Assembly: GCF_006345805.1 (NCBI RefSeq)
Contig: NC_043005.1
Coordinates: 58,838,001 to 58,902,000 of the forward strand
DNA: 64,000 nt
DNA from: Octopus sinensis
Taxonomy: Eukaryota
Reading direction: 5' to 3'
Position numbers and translations under genes: made by a program. Every line of letters starts with the position of its first letter. The stretch's first letter is position 1. Positions 25,927 through 38,230 of this stretch are shown in pieces. Below the pieces are notes generated by a model. The model did not search any database. It was not told the DNA's origin and saw only the letters and a list, made by a program, of their open reading frames with translations.

Positions 25927-26170
25927 ATATATGTATGTGTGTGTATATGTTTGTGTGTCTGTGTTTGTCCCCCTAGCATTGTTTGACAACCTATGCTGGT
26001 GTGTTTATGTCCCCGTCACATAGCGGTTCGGCAAAAGAGACCGAAAAAATAAGTACTGGGCTTACAAAGAATAAGTCCTGGGGTCGAGTTGCTCGATTAA
26101 AGGCGGTGCTCCAGCATAGCCGCAGTCAAATGACTGAAACAAGTAAAAGAAAAAAAGAATAAAAGAAAAA
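25724..26170 (+). mobile_element. Full-length family-A SINE
   Basis: tRNA-like head GGCGCAGGAGTGGCTGTGTGGTAAG..GGTTCAGGCCC, central (TA)n, AAAAGA tail. Confidence 0.9.
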
Positions 26171-26507
26171 ATATATTTTCATCAGTATGTCTAAAACAAA
26201 CATAGGTAACCCTTTGCAAGAAGCAGGCTGCATTAGATGTGGTTTATTATCAGGTGAGTTTCTCTATTAAAAGTTTTCTAGGAATCTCTTCATGTAGGCA
26301 TGCCATTTAGAAAGTCCTGTGTGTTACAAGTTACCTATGGCTGATCTAAAACCTGCCCTGCATCAGTTTGGGTTGATCATGTATTTCCAAAGTAAAAGCT
26401 TCATTCCATGATGCAAGGGTCAGTGAAATATATCATAAGGAAAAACCAATAGTTGTCCATGCAGACAAGTCCCCATCTCTATGCCTTAATCTCGTCAAAA
26501 AGATTAA

Positions 26508-26664
26508 CCCTTTTGTTACCAACCCGGCTGAAACCGGCTCTGGCTCTGAATACAAATGTCTTGTTTTCATATGATTTGAATTAAAATCTTCCACCTAACT
26601 TTAGTGGCTGACCAAAGCCTTGTGAGTGGATTTGGTAGATGGAAACTGAAAGAAGCTCGTTGTA

Positions 26665-26707
<43 letters not shown>

Positions 26708-27043
26708 ATATGTTTGTGTGTCTGTGTTTGTCCCCCCAACATCGCTTGACAAATGATGCTGGTGTGTTTATGTCCCCGTAATTTAGTGGTTCAGCAAAAG
26801 AGACCGATAGAATAAGTACTAGGCTTACAAAGAATAAATCCTAGGGTCGATTTGCTCGACTAAAGGTGGTGCCCCAGCATGGCCACAGTCACATGACTGA
26901 AACAAGTAAAAAATTAAGTAAGTAAATATATGTTCCTAACACTAGCTGAATGACAACTAAGTTATTTTACTAAATTCTTTGTTATATTTTAAGTAATTGG
27001 AGGAAACACAGAGCATCTCAAAATAAATACAGTAAAGAAAGGG
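26508..27043. mobile_element. piggyBac-like MITE interrupted by a 5'-truncated family-A SINE (~26606-26925)
   Basis: TTAA|CCCTTTTGTTAC ... GTAAAGAAAGGG|TTAA. Confidence 0.8.
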
Positions 27044-27465
27044 TTAAAAAGACATGAAAAGCTGATAAAACTTAGCACCAGTGTCATTTCTGTCAAACGA
27101 TAATGCCTAGGGTATTTGACTCATGATCATAAGTTCATGAGCTTGATTCCTACAGGGGCATTGCATCCTTGAGCAAGACACTTTATTTCTCATTGATCCA
27201 GTTCACTCAGCTGGTAAAAATGAGTTGTACCTATAATTCAAAGGGCTAACCTTCTCACAGTCTGTATTGTGCTGAATCAGCTATGTTAAGTGTATGCATG
27301 TCTCTGGAACGCTCAGCTACTTGCACGTTAATTTTCATAAGTAGATTGCTCTGTTGATCATATCAACTGGAACTCTCATAATTGTAAATGGCAGAGAGCA
27401 AAGCAATTCTGGTAGAATGAAAACAGAGTAGAGCATGGTAGAATTTTAAATCAATATATAATAAG

Positions 27466-27883
27466 CTCTTTTACGCTTTTACTCTTTTACTTGTTTCAGT
27501 CATTTGACTGTGGCCATGCTGGGGCACCGCCTTTAGTCAAGCAAATTGACCCCAGAACTTATTCTTTGTAAGCCTAGTACTTATTCTATTGGTCTCTTTT
27601 GCTGAACTGCTAGGTTACGGGAACATAAACACACCAGCATCGGTTGTCAAGCGATGTTGGGGGGACAAACACAGCCACAAAAACATATACACACTCATAC
27701 ATATATATATATATATATATATACATATATATGACGGGCTCTTTTCAGTTTTGGTCTACCAAATCCACTCACAAGGCTTTGGTCGGCCCAAGGCTATAGT
27801 AGAGGACACTTGCCCAAGGTGCCACGTAGTGGGACTGAACCTGGAACCATGAGGCTGGTAAGCAAGCTACTTACCACACAGCC
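27466..27883 (-). mobile_element. Family-A SINE
   Basis: Reverse complement of the 51273 copy. Confidence 0.9.
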
Positions 27884-27930
27884 AACAAATTCTACAAGGT
27901 ATTTTTTCCTGAGATTTTAATGGTATCATA

Positions 27931-28306
27931 GGAGGCGCAATGGCCCAGTGGTTAGGGCAGTGGACTCATGGTCGTAGGATCACGGTTTCGATTCCCAGAC
28001 CGGGCGTTGTGAGTGTTTATTGAGCGAAAACACCTAAAAGCTCCACGAGGCTCCGGATGGTGGTGATCCCTGCTGTACTCTTTCACCACAACTTTCTCTC
28101 ACTCTTACTTCCTGTTTCTGTTGTACCTGTAATTCAAAGGGCCAGCCTTGTCACTCTCTGTGTCACGCTGAATATCCCCGAGAATTACGTTCAGGGTACA
28201 CGTGTCTGTGGGGTGCTCAGCCACTTACACGTTAATTTCACAAGCAGGCTGTTCCATTGATCGGATCAAGCGGAACCCTCGTCGTCGTAACCGACGGAGT
28301 GCTTCC
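27931..28306 (+). mobile_element. Family-C tRNA-derived SINE, young copy
   Basis: A box TGGCCCAGTGG, B-box-like GGTTTCGATTCCC; 12-bp TSD AATGGTATCATA (27919-27930, 28307-28318). Decayed relatives at ~1420-1500, 16740-16820, 17080-17220, 27110-27400, 50640-50780. Confidence 0.85.
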
Positions 28307-29176
28307 AATGGTATCATAATTCTGTTAATCCAACACCTTTTACAGCATTTCAAAATGTATACATGTGAGCTAGTGAGTAGGATGTGGTACTCATGATCAT
28401 AACATGTTTTTAAGACCACATTTCTTCTTATTTTCTCCTAAATTAGCTAAATTAGTTATTCTGACATAACATAGTATAACATATGTATTATTTGTTTATA
28501 AAATAAACTCCCTTTTAAAACTGTAAAAGGCTATTTTTCATATTTCCTCCTAAAACATTTCAAAATTTGGTATTCTGAATCTTCAGGGTTTTCAGTTGTT
28601 ATTTTGATTTGTAGGTCATTTGAAATTTGGCCTTCTGGCACTTAGCCTTATGCTTTGTTTGTGTGCATATGTGTGTGTGTTTGTGTGTTTTGAGGGTGAA
28701 TCATGTTCTTAGGGATAAGAATACTGGGCTTGTAACAAATAATTCATAGAGTCAGTTCCTGGACTGGGAGATGCAAAAATGAAAATTGGTACCAGTAAAC
28801 TGTTGGTGCAGTCCTCCTTCCCACCAGTCATCATGTCCTTGATATTCCACTGGTTCAAGGCAGTAAAGTCATAAGGAGAAGGCTGAGAGGGTGACCGTGC
28901 CATATATGCGCACCTAAAACAATTGGCAAAAGTTTGGTAGAAACTACTCGGTTATACTTGTTAAGTGTGCGTGTGTGTGTGTATGTACACATACAGGCAT
29001 GGTTATGTGGTAAAATGTTTGTGTCCAAGCCATATGGCTCCAGGTTCAGTCCCACTGCATAGTACTTTGGGCAAATGTCTTTTACTATAGCCCCAGGCTG
29101 ACCAAAACATTGTGAGTGAATTTGGTTGATAAAAAAAGCTGTTATAAAAATATATAATATAATATATATATATTAT

Positions 29177-29996
29177 ATACTAAGCAATAAAGGGTTTAGC
29201 AACGAATTGCCTTACCACATACCGAATTTAGAAATAGCAGTCAAAGATTATAGCTATTTCTTCTACTAAAAAGGGAGATCTCAGTAAAAACAGCAATTGG
29301 AAGGCAGACACAAACAGGTAAGAGAGAATGAATTGACGGCAATCTATCATACATTTTTAAGTTATCTACGGACGTACGTTTCGAAATCAAGTTTTTAGGA
29401 AAGCATAAGAATTAAATATTAAATATTAAATAATTCATCTTACCGAAACTTCTTTTCTCTTCAGTGTAGAATACTATAATCATAAATGATTATATATTGA
29501 ATTTTGAGATACTAGAAGGCACCAACTCAACTCAGTATCAGAGCGAGCTAGAATCCGCAACTAGTATCACCGAATTCAATGTGTGAATGAAACGATTGTG
29601 TCACCAGCCCCTTCCCACCCGCGTGTAGCCAAAACAAGATGCTGTGGTCATCTACTGAGATAAAATATGGTTATCCGTAATAATGAAGGGTGAAATTCAT
29701 TAATTTGGAATAATTATCAATTACACCAAGTAGTCTTCGGCATGTAAAAGCCTCATTCGAGGAAAATTTAAGTAATACTAAGCAATAAAGGGTTTAGCAA
29801 CGAATTGCCTTACCACATCCGAATTTAAAATAGCAGTCAAAGAGTTATAGCTATTTCTTCTACTAAAAAGGGAGATCTCAGTAAAACCAATTGGAGGCAG
29901 ACACAAACAGGTAAGAGAGAATGAATTGACGGCAATCTATCATACATTTTTAAGTTATCTACGGACGTACGTTCGAATCAAGTTTTTAGGAAAGCA
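29177..29996 (-). mobile_element. Non-coding partial-tandem element (~598-bp unit, ~1.4 copies), retrozyme/PLE pLTR-like
   Basis: Direct repeats 29177-29405 and 29775-29996; contains a hammerhead; flanked by (TA)n. Confidence 0.75.
29363..29472 (-). ncRNA. Type I hammerhead ribozyme with extended helix II
   Basis: Minus strand: cuaca-CUGAAGA (29464-29458)-helix II gaaaagaaguuu/aaacuugauuuc-GAAAC-guac-GUC^cguag. Predicted cleavage between 29371 and 29370. Confidence 0.75.
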
Positions 29997-30220
29997 ATAT
30001 ATATATATATATGAGTGGACTGTGTGTCTGTGTATTTGTGTTTATCCCCCACCACTACTTGACAACCATTGTTAGTTTGTTTACATCCCTGTAACTTAGC
30101 AGTTTAGCAAAAGAAACTAACAAAATAAGTACTGGGGGTCAATTAGTTCAACTAAAATCCCTCAGTGCCCCAGCATGGCTGCAGTCTAATGACTGAAACA
30201 AGTAAAAGATAATATATATA

Positions 30221-30282
<62 letters not shown>

Positions 30283-31419
30283 GTTAAATTTCATTTGTAT
30301 ACAGACTAATCAGAGGGTTTTTGTGACCTTTATGACATCTAAAAACATTGATTAAATTCACATGAAAAATAAACAACCAATTCTTGAAAAGTCAAGAAAA
30401 GAATTTCCATTTCTTATCAATTTTATTTCAGTGAAACATATTTCGTAACATTCAATAAATTTAATGGAATAATAGATCTGTTCTAATAATGCCTTAGAGG
30501 GATTAGATTTGTAAATGTAATTTTATATTACATATTTCTAGTATAGTCTGTTTTTTGTTTATTTCCTTTTATTTTGTTTTCGTTTTGTTTTCCTATTTTT
30601 TGTCTGACTAAAACATTTGTATAATACTTAAATACATAATTCTTTTGAATTTTGATTTTCTTTTAGTTTAAAAAATCTTTTGCTTATTATTGTTGGAATT
30701 ATTTTTTTTTCCTTGCTTTAAGAATATGAAAGATGATAATGATGATGATGATGATGATGATAATGGTGAGGGACATCATCATCATCACCATCCTCACTGT
30801 CATCATCAACACCATATAGTAGTAGTAGTAGTAGTAGTAGTAGCAACAGAAGCTGCAGTAACAGTAGCAGTAGTGTGGTAGAAATAGTTTTAGTAGTAGT
30901 AGTAGTAGCAACATCAGCTACAGTAGCAGCAGTAGTGGTAGTGGTAGTGGTAAAAATAGTTTTAGTAGTAGTTGTTGTAGCAGTAGCAGTAACAGTGGTT
31001 TCATATTTCAGCACAAGGCCAGCAAATTCTGGGGTTGAATGTAAGTTGATTACATTGACCCCAGTGCTCAATTGGTACTTATATTTTACCAACCCCAAAA
31101 GGCTAAGGGGCAAAGTTGACCTTGGTGGAATTTGAACTCAGAGCATGAAGACAGACGAAATGCCATTAACAATTTTGCCAGCTTACCAGCATAATAATAT
31201 CGATAATAATGATAATCCTTTCTACTATGAGCAAAAGGCCTGAAATTTGGGGGAGGGAGCTAGTTGATTACATTGACTCCAGTATTTCACTGGTGCTTAA
31301 TTTATCAACTTCGAAAGGATGAAGATGAAAGACCTTAGTGGAATTTGAACTCAGAACGTGAAGAGGGACGAAACACTGCTGAGCATTATACTTGGTGTGC
31401 TAATGATTCTGCCAACTTG

Positions 31420-31461
31420 CCACCTTAATAATAATAATAATAATGATAATAATAATAATAA

Positions 31462-31499
<38 letters not shown>

Positions 31500-31528
31500 T
31501 GATGATAATAATAAACATAATAATAATG

Positions 31529-31568
<40 letters not shown>

Positions 31569-31819
31569 CAATAATAATCTTTTTCTGTTATAGACAGAAG
31601 GCCTTGAATTTTGGTGGGGGAGGCCAGTCAGTTACGTTGACCCCAGTGCTTGACTGGTACTCATTTTATCATCACCAAAAGCATGAAAGGCAAAGTTTAC
31701 CTTGGTGGAATTTGAAATCAGATTGTAGTGATGTGTGAAATACCGCTAAGTATTTTGTCCAGCATGTTAATCATTCTGCCAGCTCGCCGTCCCAATAATA
31801 ATAATAATAATAATAATAA

Positions 31820-31864
<45 letters not shown>

Positions 31865-31890
31865 TACTACTACTACTACTACTACTACTC
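31420..31890. repeat. (AAT)n and (ACT)n microsatellites around family-B SINE remnants
   Basis: Directly visible. Confidence 0.9.
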
Positions 31891-32102
31891 AAGGCGGTTA
31901 CAATACCAGTGATCGTAGGAGCACTAGGAATGATCAAGAAGGGAACCGAAAATTATATGAGAATGATCCCTGGCTTACCATCCCTGCAAGAAGTGCAAAA
32001 GATTGTCTTAACTGGTACATCACACGTATTGAGAAGAGCATTGTCGATGTGAGAACTGTTGCTGCTCATGTATTTTAATTTAACTTAAAAAAAAAAAAAA
32101 AT
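31888..32102 (+). mobile_element. 5'-truncated R4/Dong-like non-LTR element (restriction-like endonuclease C-terminus)
   Basis: KAVTIPVIVGALGMIKKGTENYMRMIPGLPSLQEVQKIVLTGTSHVLRRALSM* followed by an A-rich stretch. Confidence 0.7.
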
Positions 32103-32524
32103 TAACGAACTACTGAGTTTGGTTTAATGGCCTACCAATATATACTATGAGTTTCTTTGCCCTAGAGGAATTCTTTGGGGTTTGGATAATTCACCTCTGG
32201 AACCATGTGTGTTTTGTTCAACATCCTTAAACAACCCTTATTCAGGGATCTTTTGAGCAGGATGGGCTATTCGACCAGAAGAAAATTCTAACTGGGTCCC
32301 ACCTGCAAGGTCATGCACTGATAATCTTGATATGAGATCACAATGTTGTGCACATATTGTTGTGATGCACGTGCCTGGTCTACCGTTATCAGGCGGGTAG
32401 TCATGATTTATACTGGGCTTTGTATATTTTACCCAGTGTCACTTTGATTGCATGCACAGCTCTCTCACTGAATAATAATAATAAAATAATTATTTGTTTT
32501 TTTTTCTTTGGCTTCATTTTTCAG

Positions 32525-32696
32525 GAAATACTTACCCAGTTCAACACCAAATGTTTGTACCACAGTATACCCTCCAAGATTCAGCAGTCATAAGGTTTCC
32601 TTCAGTTGACATGCAAAGCTCAGGCTACAAGACACTGATAATTAGTAATAATGGTTCTTCACCTTTACTGTATCAGTTTGATAAAGACCCGAATGG
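32525..32696 (+). CDS. CFAP65: Internal coding exon of CFAP65-like gene: (G)NTYPVQHQMFVPQYTLQDSAVIRFPSVDMQSSGYKTLIISNNGSSPLLYQFDKDPN(G)
   Basis: Acceptor ttcatttttcAG, donor GTAAGT at 32697; 172 nt (phase 1 to 2), in frame with the previous exon. Resembles recalled human [40 protein letters not shown]. Confidence 0.85.
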
Positions 32697-32883
32697 GTAA
32701 GTTAGTTTAATTTCTTTTCTGTTCATTTACGCTGAGTCTGACCTTGCCTTTCATCCATTCAAGGTCGATAAAATATGTACCAGTGAAACACTAGGATTGC
32801 TGGAATTGACTTACTCTCACCCCTGAAATTGCTGGCCTTGTGCCAAAATTTGAAACCAATATATATAAGAACTCGTAATCATT

Positions 32884-33605
32884 GGTGTAGGTGTGACAGT
32901 GTGGTAAGAAGTTTCCTTCTCAACTATATGGTTCCAAGTTCAATCCTACTGCATGGCACCTTGGACAAGCTTCAGACTAACTAGAATCTTGTGAGTGAAT
33001 TTGATAGACAGGAATTGAAAGAAGCACATTGTATGTGTGTCTCTTCTATTTTATTTTTTTAATTATTATAAATCTTCCCCTGAAGAGGGAGCTGGTTTCC
33101 GACAAAGATACAAAACTCCATCTTTGTGATGTAGTTAACACAGACAAATTCACATTTGGAACTTGAGAAATGTCTTGCATATTTTTATTTATTTATGTAT
33201 ATATGTATGTATGTATGTATGTACGTCTGCATGCATGCATGTATGTGTGTGTATGTATGTCTCTCGCATGCACTCTCATACACACATGTAAATATATCTA
33301 TAAAGCATGTATGCATGTGTCTGTGCCTGTGAGAGTGTGTCTGTGTGAGTGTGTCTGTGTGAGTGTGCCTGTGTGAGTGTGTCTGTGTATCTTTATGTTC
33401 ATGTTGGTTTCATGTCACAAGGCCATCATTGTGGGCTTGTTTATGTTCCTGCAACTTATTTCAGCAAAAAAGGATTAGTAGAATAAGTACCAGATTTAAA
33501 AACTAAGTATAGGGGTCAATTTGATCAATAAAGCCCTTCAAGACAGTTCCTGAGCACAGTTGCAGTCCAGTGAGTGAAGCATGAATAAATACAAATAAAA
33601 GAATA
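32884..33605 (+). mobile_element. Diverged family-A SINE with expanded middle
   Basis: Recognisable head (32884-33030) and tail (33420-33605). Confidence 0.65.
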
Positions 33606-34060
33606 TTAAAAAAAAATAAAAAATATAAGATTATCATTTGTTTGACTACATGCCCACAACAAAGTTGATATAATAGAAATTGGTAAAGCTAGAATTTAAT
33701 TGCAATTAAGTTATCTCCCCTTTGCTTCGAATGTTGCGCTAACAATTTCCGCTAAGTTTTTGTTTTCTTCCTTCTCCTGAGAATCAAGTTTTAGTTCGTT
33801 AGGAATTTTTGTGTGCATAGATAATTCAGTACATCAAGACCTACTTGATGCTGAAGAATATGATGAACAAATATTGAAGGTGTAACAACTAATTAAAAAT
33901 GTGTATATGTATAATCAAGAAGTGAGAAATTAATTAACAGAAAATTTTATTTGACAAACAAACAACTACGACTTATCCAAACATTCAGTATTTCCTTCTG
34001 CGGAGTATTCCATTTGCTGAATATATGTATGGAACAGAATTAGTTATGAAATTAAAACTT

Positions 34061-34725
34061 TTAGATGCAGGCCTGCCTGTGTGGTAAGAAAATTGCCTGC
34101 CAACCACATGGTTCTGGGTTCAGTCCCACTGTGTGGTCCCATGGGCAAGTATCTTCAGCAACAGCCCTGGGTTGATCAAAGCCTTTTGAGCAGATTTGGT
34201 AGACAGGGACTGAAAGATTTCCATTGAATATACATATATAAGGGTGTGTGTGTGTGTATGTGTGTATGCGTGTGTATGTGTGTGTGTGCATGTGAAATTT
34301 AAATTTTTAGATGCAGGCCTGCCTGTGTGGTAAGAAAATTGCCTGCCAACCACATGGTTCTGGGTTCAGTCCCACTGTGTGGTCCCGTGGGCAAGTATCT
34401 TCAGCAACAGCCCTGGGTTGATCAAAGCCTTTTGAGCAGATTTGGTAGACAGAGACTGAAAGATTTCCATTGAATATACATATATAAGTATGTGTGTGCA
34501 TGTGTATGTGTATGTATCTATGTGTGCGTTTTTGTGCCTTTGTTTGTCATCCACCACCATTTGACAACCAGTGTTGGTTTGTTTACATCCTTGTAACTTA
34601 GTGGCTTAGAAGTAGCAGGCTCTAAAAATTAAGTTCCAGGATCGATTTGCTTGGTTAAACCCTTCATGGCAGTGCCCCAGCATGGCCAAAGTCCAGTAAC
34701 TGAAATAAGTAAAAGATGAAAGATA
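34061..34725 (+). mobile_element. Family-A SINE with a 246-bp tandem duplication of the head
   Basis: 34061-34306 repeated from 34307 with only a couple of substitutions. Confidence 0.85.
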
Positions 34726-36126
34726 CTTATCAATTGCTCTTTCCATTCACTGGTTCTTAGTTTAACTGTGTGTAATGCTTGCAATGACACTGATGCCAAG
34801 CTGTATCAATCCAAGTTGTCTGCCCTTCGCTCAGATAAACATTGTTGATGTGGAGAGGGACAACTTTCCCGCATAGCCAACTGCCAGATTTTTTCAAAAT
34901 GTCTTGTTCAGGCTTGTGCATACATGTGCAGATGTATGGACAAGCTTTGACTGATGAAGGCCCATATATAACAATGCAATATGTCCTTCATTTCCTTAAG
35001 ATAGTAAGGTGTTCTTTGAGGGAGAGTTGGGAACTCCTATTTCAAATAAGAGGAATTTTGCAATGGTTTTCAGTGTATTTTTGCTTTAATTTTAATGTTA
35101 ACACAATTAAAAAGAAAAAAAAGCAATTTCCATGCAATGCATACCAATAACTTTTAGCTTGATCTCCTGCAGACTAGGAAGTTAAAAACATTGTTATACA
35201 ATATACAAAGGCAGTAAGTTGGCAGAATAGTTAGCATGCTGGACAGAATGCTTAGTGGTATTTCACCTGTCACTACATTCTGTGTTCAAATTCCGCTGAG
35301 GTTGACTTTGCCTTTCATCCTTTTGGGGTCGATAAATTAAGTACCAGTAAAACACTGGGGTTGATATAATCGGCTTAATCCCCTACCCCAGGCTGCCCTT
35401 GTGGCAAAAATTTAAAATCATTATTATACTATATAAACAAATAGCAGGGATGGTATAGTACTAGAGGTTATGGTGCCTTGAGGTGACTGTTGTAAGCCAG
35501 GAGCTGTAGCTTATGATATTCAATGTATAATGCTGTATCAGTTGTTTCCCGGTTATAATTCGATTTTCTGATACCACAAAAAGCATTGTTCAAATATCAC
35601 CAGATATGAGATAGTAAAATTTAAACTGAAAAAACTATTTTTTCTCTTGTTCTTTGTTTTCTTATTTCATGTCTTTTGAAAATCCATGCTTTTAGTTAGA
35701 ATAAGAAATTTTGTTGAAGTTGTTCAAATTTCTGTGATGCTCATATATTTTTATCTCTTCCCTTAGGCAACTACATGGTTGCCTAGTGCAAAACTCTAGT
35801 TGTTTGTCTACCATCCTTAATATATGAGCCAGTCTTAAGGCAGCAAGCTGGCAGAATTGTTAGCATGCTGGGCAAAATGCTTAGTAACATTTTGTGTTCA
35901 AATTCTGCAGAGGTTGACTTTGTCTTTCATCCTTTCAAGGTGGATAAAATAAGCACCAGTTGAGGACTGGGGTCAATGTAATTTGCTTGCCCTTCCCCCA
36001 TGAACTTGTTGGCCTTGTGCCAAAATTTGAACCCAATATATGAGACCACCTTTGTGTGATCAGTGAAACCCAGAAGAAAGGGAAGCTAAATTTCTCCCAA
36101 ATAACATTATTTATTTTTAAAGTAGG

Positions 36127-36288
36127 TTGCTAACGAACCACATGGCTATGGGTTCAGTCCCACTGCATGGCACCTTGGGCAAGTGTCTTCTCCTATAGCC
36201 TCAGGCTGACCAAAGCCTTGAGAATGGATCTGGTAGACGGAAACTGAAAGAAACTCGTCGTATATATGTGTATATATATATATATATT

Positions 36289-36331
<43 letters not shown>

Positions 36332-36605
36332 TATATGTTTATATATATATATATGTGTGTGTGTGTGTATATGTTTATGTGTCTGTGTTTGTCCCCCCAA
36401 CATCGCTTGACAATTGATGCTGGTGTGTTTACGTCCCAGTAACATAGCGGTTCAGCAAAAGAGACTGATAGAATAAGTACTAGGCTTACAAAGAATAAGT
36501 CCTGGGTTCGATTTGGTTGACTAAAGGCGGTGCTCCAGCATGGCTACAGTCAAATGACTGAAACAAATAAATAAAAAAAAGAGTAAAGAGTAAATAAGTA
36601 AAAGA
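36127..36605 (+). mobile_element. Family-A SINE, slightly 5'-truncated
   Basis: Matches the 51273 copy. Confidence 0.85.
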
Positions 36606-37225
36606 ACTATATTAAATAATGTAGTCTTACACTTAAGAGTGGTGATATGGCAGAGTTGTTAGCATGTCAGGCGAAATGCTTTATGGCATTTCACCTATCT
36701 TTATGATCTAAGTTCAAATTCTGCTTAGGTTGGCTTTGTGTTCCATACTTTCAAAGTTGATAAAAGAAGTACCAGTTGAACACTGGATGTGATATGATCG
36801 ACTTATTTCCTCTCTTGAAATTCTTGGCCTGCCAAAATTTGAAACCAATATAGTTCTACAGTCTGCAGTCATCATCAATTAATGTCCACTGGCATAAGTT
36901 TGATGGTTTCACATGGAGCTGGCTATCAGGGAGTTTCCCAGACTCCTATTGTCTGTTGTGGCATGGTTTCTATGGCTGGATGCCCTTCCTAATGCCAACC
37001 ACTTAACAGGGTGTATTGGCTGCTTTTAATGTGCCACTGGCATGGGTGCGTTTACATAGCACCAGCATGGGTGCTTTTTATGTGGCACTGGTACCTGAAA
37101 GGGCAAGCCTGTATGTGTGACAGGCCCGTGGTTTTACTTAGCTTTATGCATCTCATCAAGTACAACAAATCAAGTGTTCATAAAATACTGCAAATCTCCC
37201 ATCTCTTATATCTAATATGAAAAAA

Positions 37226-37289
37226 TGGTGTAGTGGTTAAGAGCACTGGCTACTAACCCCAAGATTCCAAGTTCAATTCCAGGCAGTGA

Positions 37290-37340
<51 letters not shown>

Positions 37341-37352
37341 CAATAACAACAA
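37226..37352 (+). mobile_element. Family-D tRNA-like head + (AAT)n, without the hammerhead tail
   Basis: Closely matches 38940-39090. Confidence 0.75.
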
Positions 37353-37734
37353 CCTTGATAACGGTAGACTTCAGGGCTAAATAACAACAGCAACTTTTTA
37401 TCGCTAATTTCTGACATTTTAATTGACCCCCAGAGGGATTAGAAGTAAAGATGACCTCTGCAAGATTATTTGAATTCAGAATGTAAAATACGATTATTAA
37501 GTATCATAATGTATTTTGTCTGACACTTGATTCGGTTCTCTTAATTCACTGCCCAAATTGATGCCTGCAGAATATTTTAGTGTGCATCTCAATCCAAGTT
37601 TCAAACAGCTAGCTGAAAGAGGAATTTTTAATGATAAGAAATATAATATAATAAAATAATTGCGCTCACCTAAAATTGTTGGCTTCAGACATGGGGGAAT
37701 TCTCAGAACCTCTAGTAAATTAATTGCATAATTA

Positions 37735-37791
37735 TGCATATATATATATATATATAATATATATATATACACACAAACACATATACATATG

Positions 37792-37827
<36 letters not shown>

Positions 37828-37828
37828 A

Positions 37829-37883
<55 letters not shown>

Positions 37884-38087
37884 TCATCATCATCATCATC
37901 AAAACGGACGCTAAATGATGATGATGATGATGATGATATATATATATATATAATATATATATATATACATAAATATATATATATATATTATATATATATA
38001 TATATATAATATATACATACATATGTATGTATACACATATGTAAACATACATATACATATACACACTGACATCTGTATGTATCTATC

Positions 38088-38124
<37 letters not shown>

Positions 38125-38230
38125 TATGTCTCATGTTTGTATATATGAATGTATGTATGTGTATGTGTGTGTATACATTTATATATATATGTATGTATGT
38201 ATGTATACACACACACACACACACACACAC
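37735..38230. repeat. (TA)n/(TCA)n/(TGA)n/(CA)n compound tract
   Basis: Directly visible. Confidence 0.9.

Larger units (their letters stand above)
28994..30210 (+). mobile_element. Family-A SINE split by the hammerhead element
   Basis: Head 28994-29130, tail ~30010-30210, insert within its (TA)n. Confidence 0.8.

Noticed and set aside
34760-35050. Possible decayed LINE endonuclease on the minus strand
   Set aside because: Only a weak motif (LD*YS..ALHTVK); insufficient to call.
35767-35830. Strong acceptor-like site as the next CFAP65 exon
   Set aside because: All three frames stop quickly with no similarity; the same applies to candidates near 46645 and 59099.
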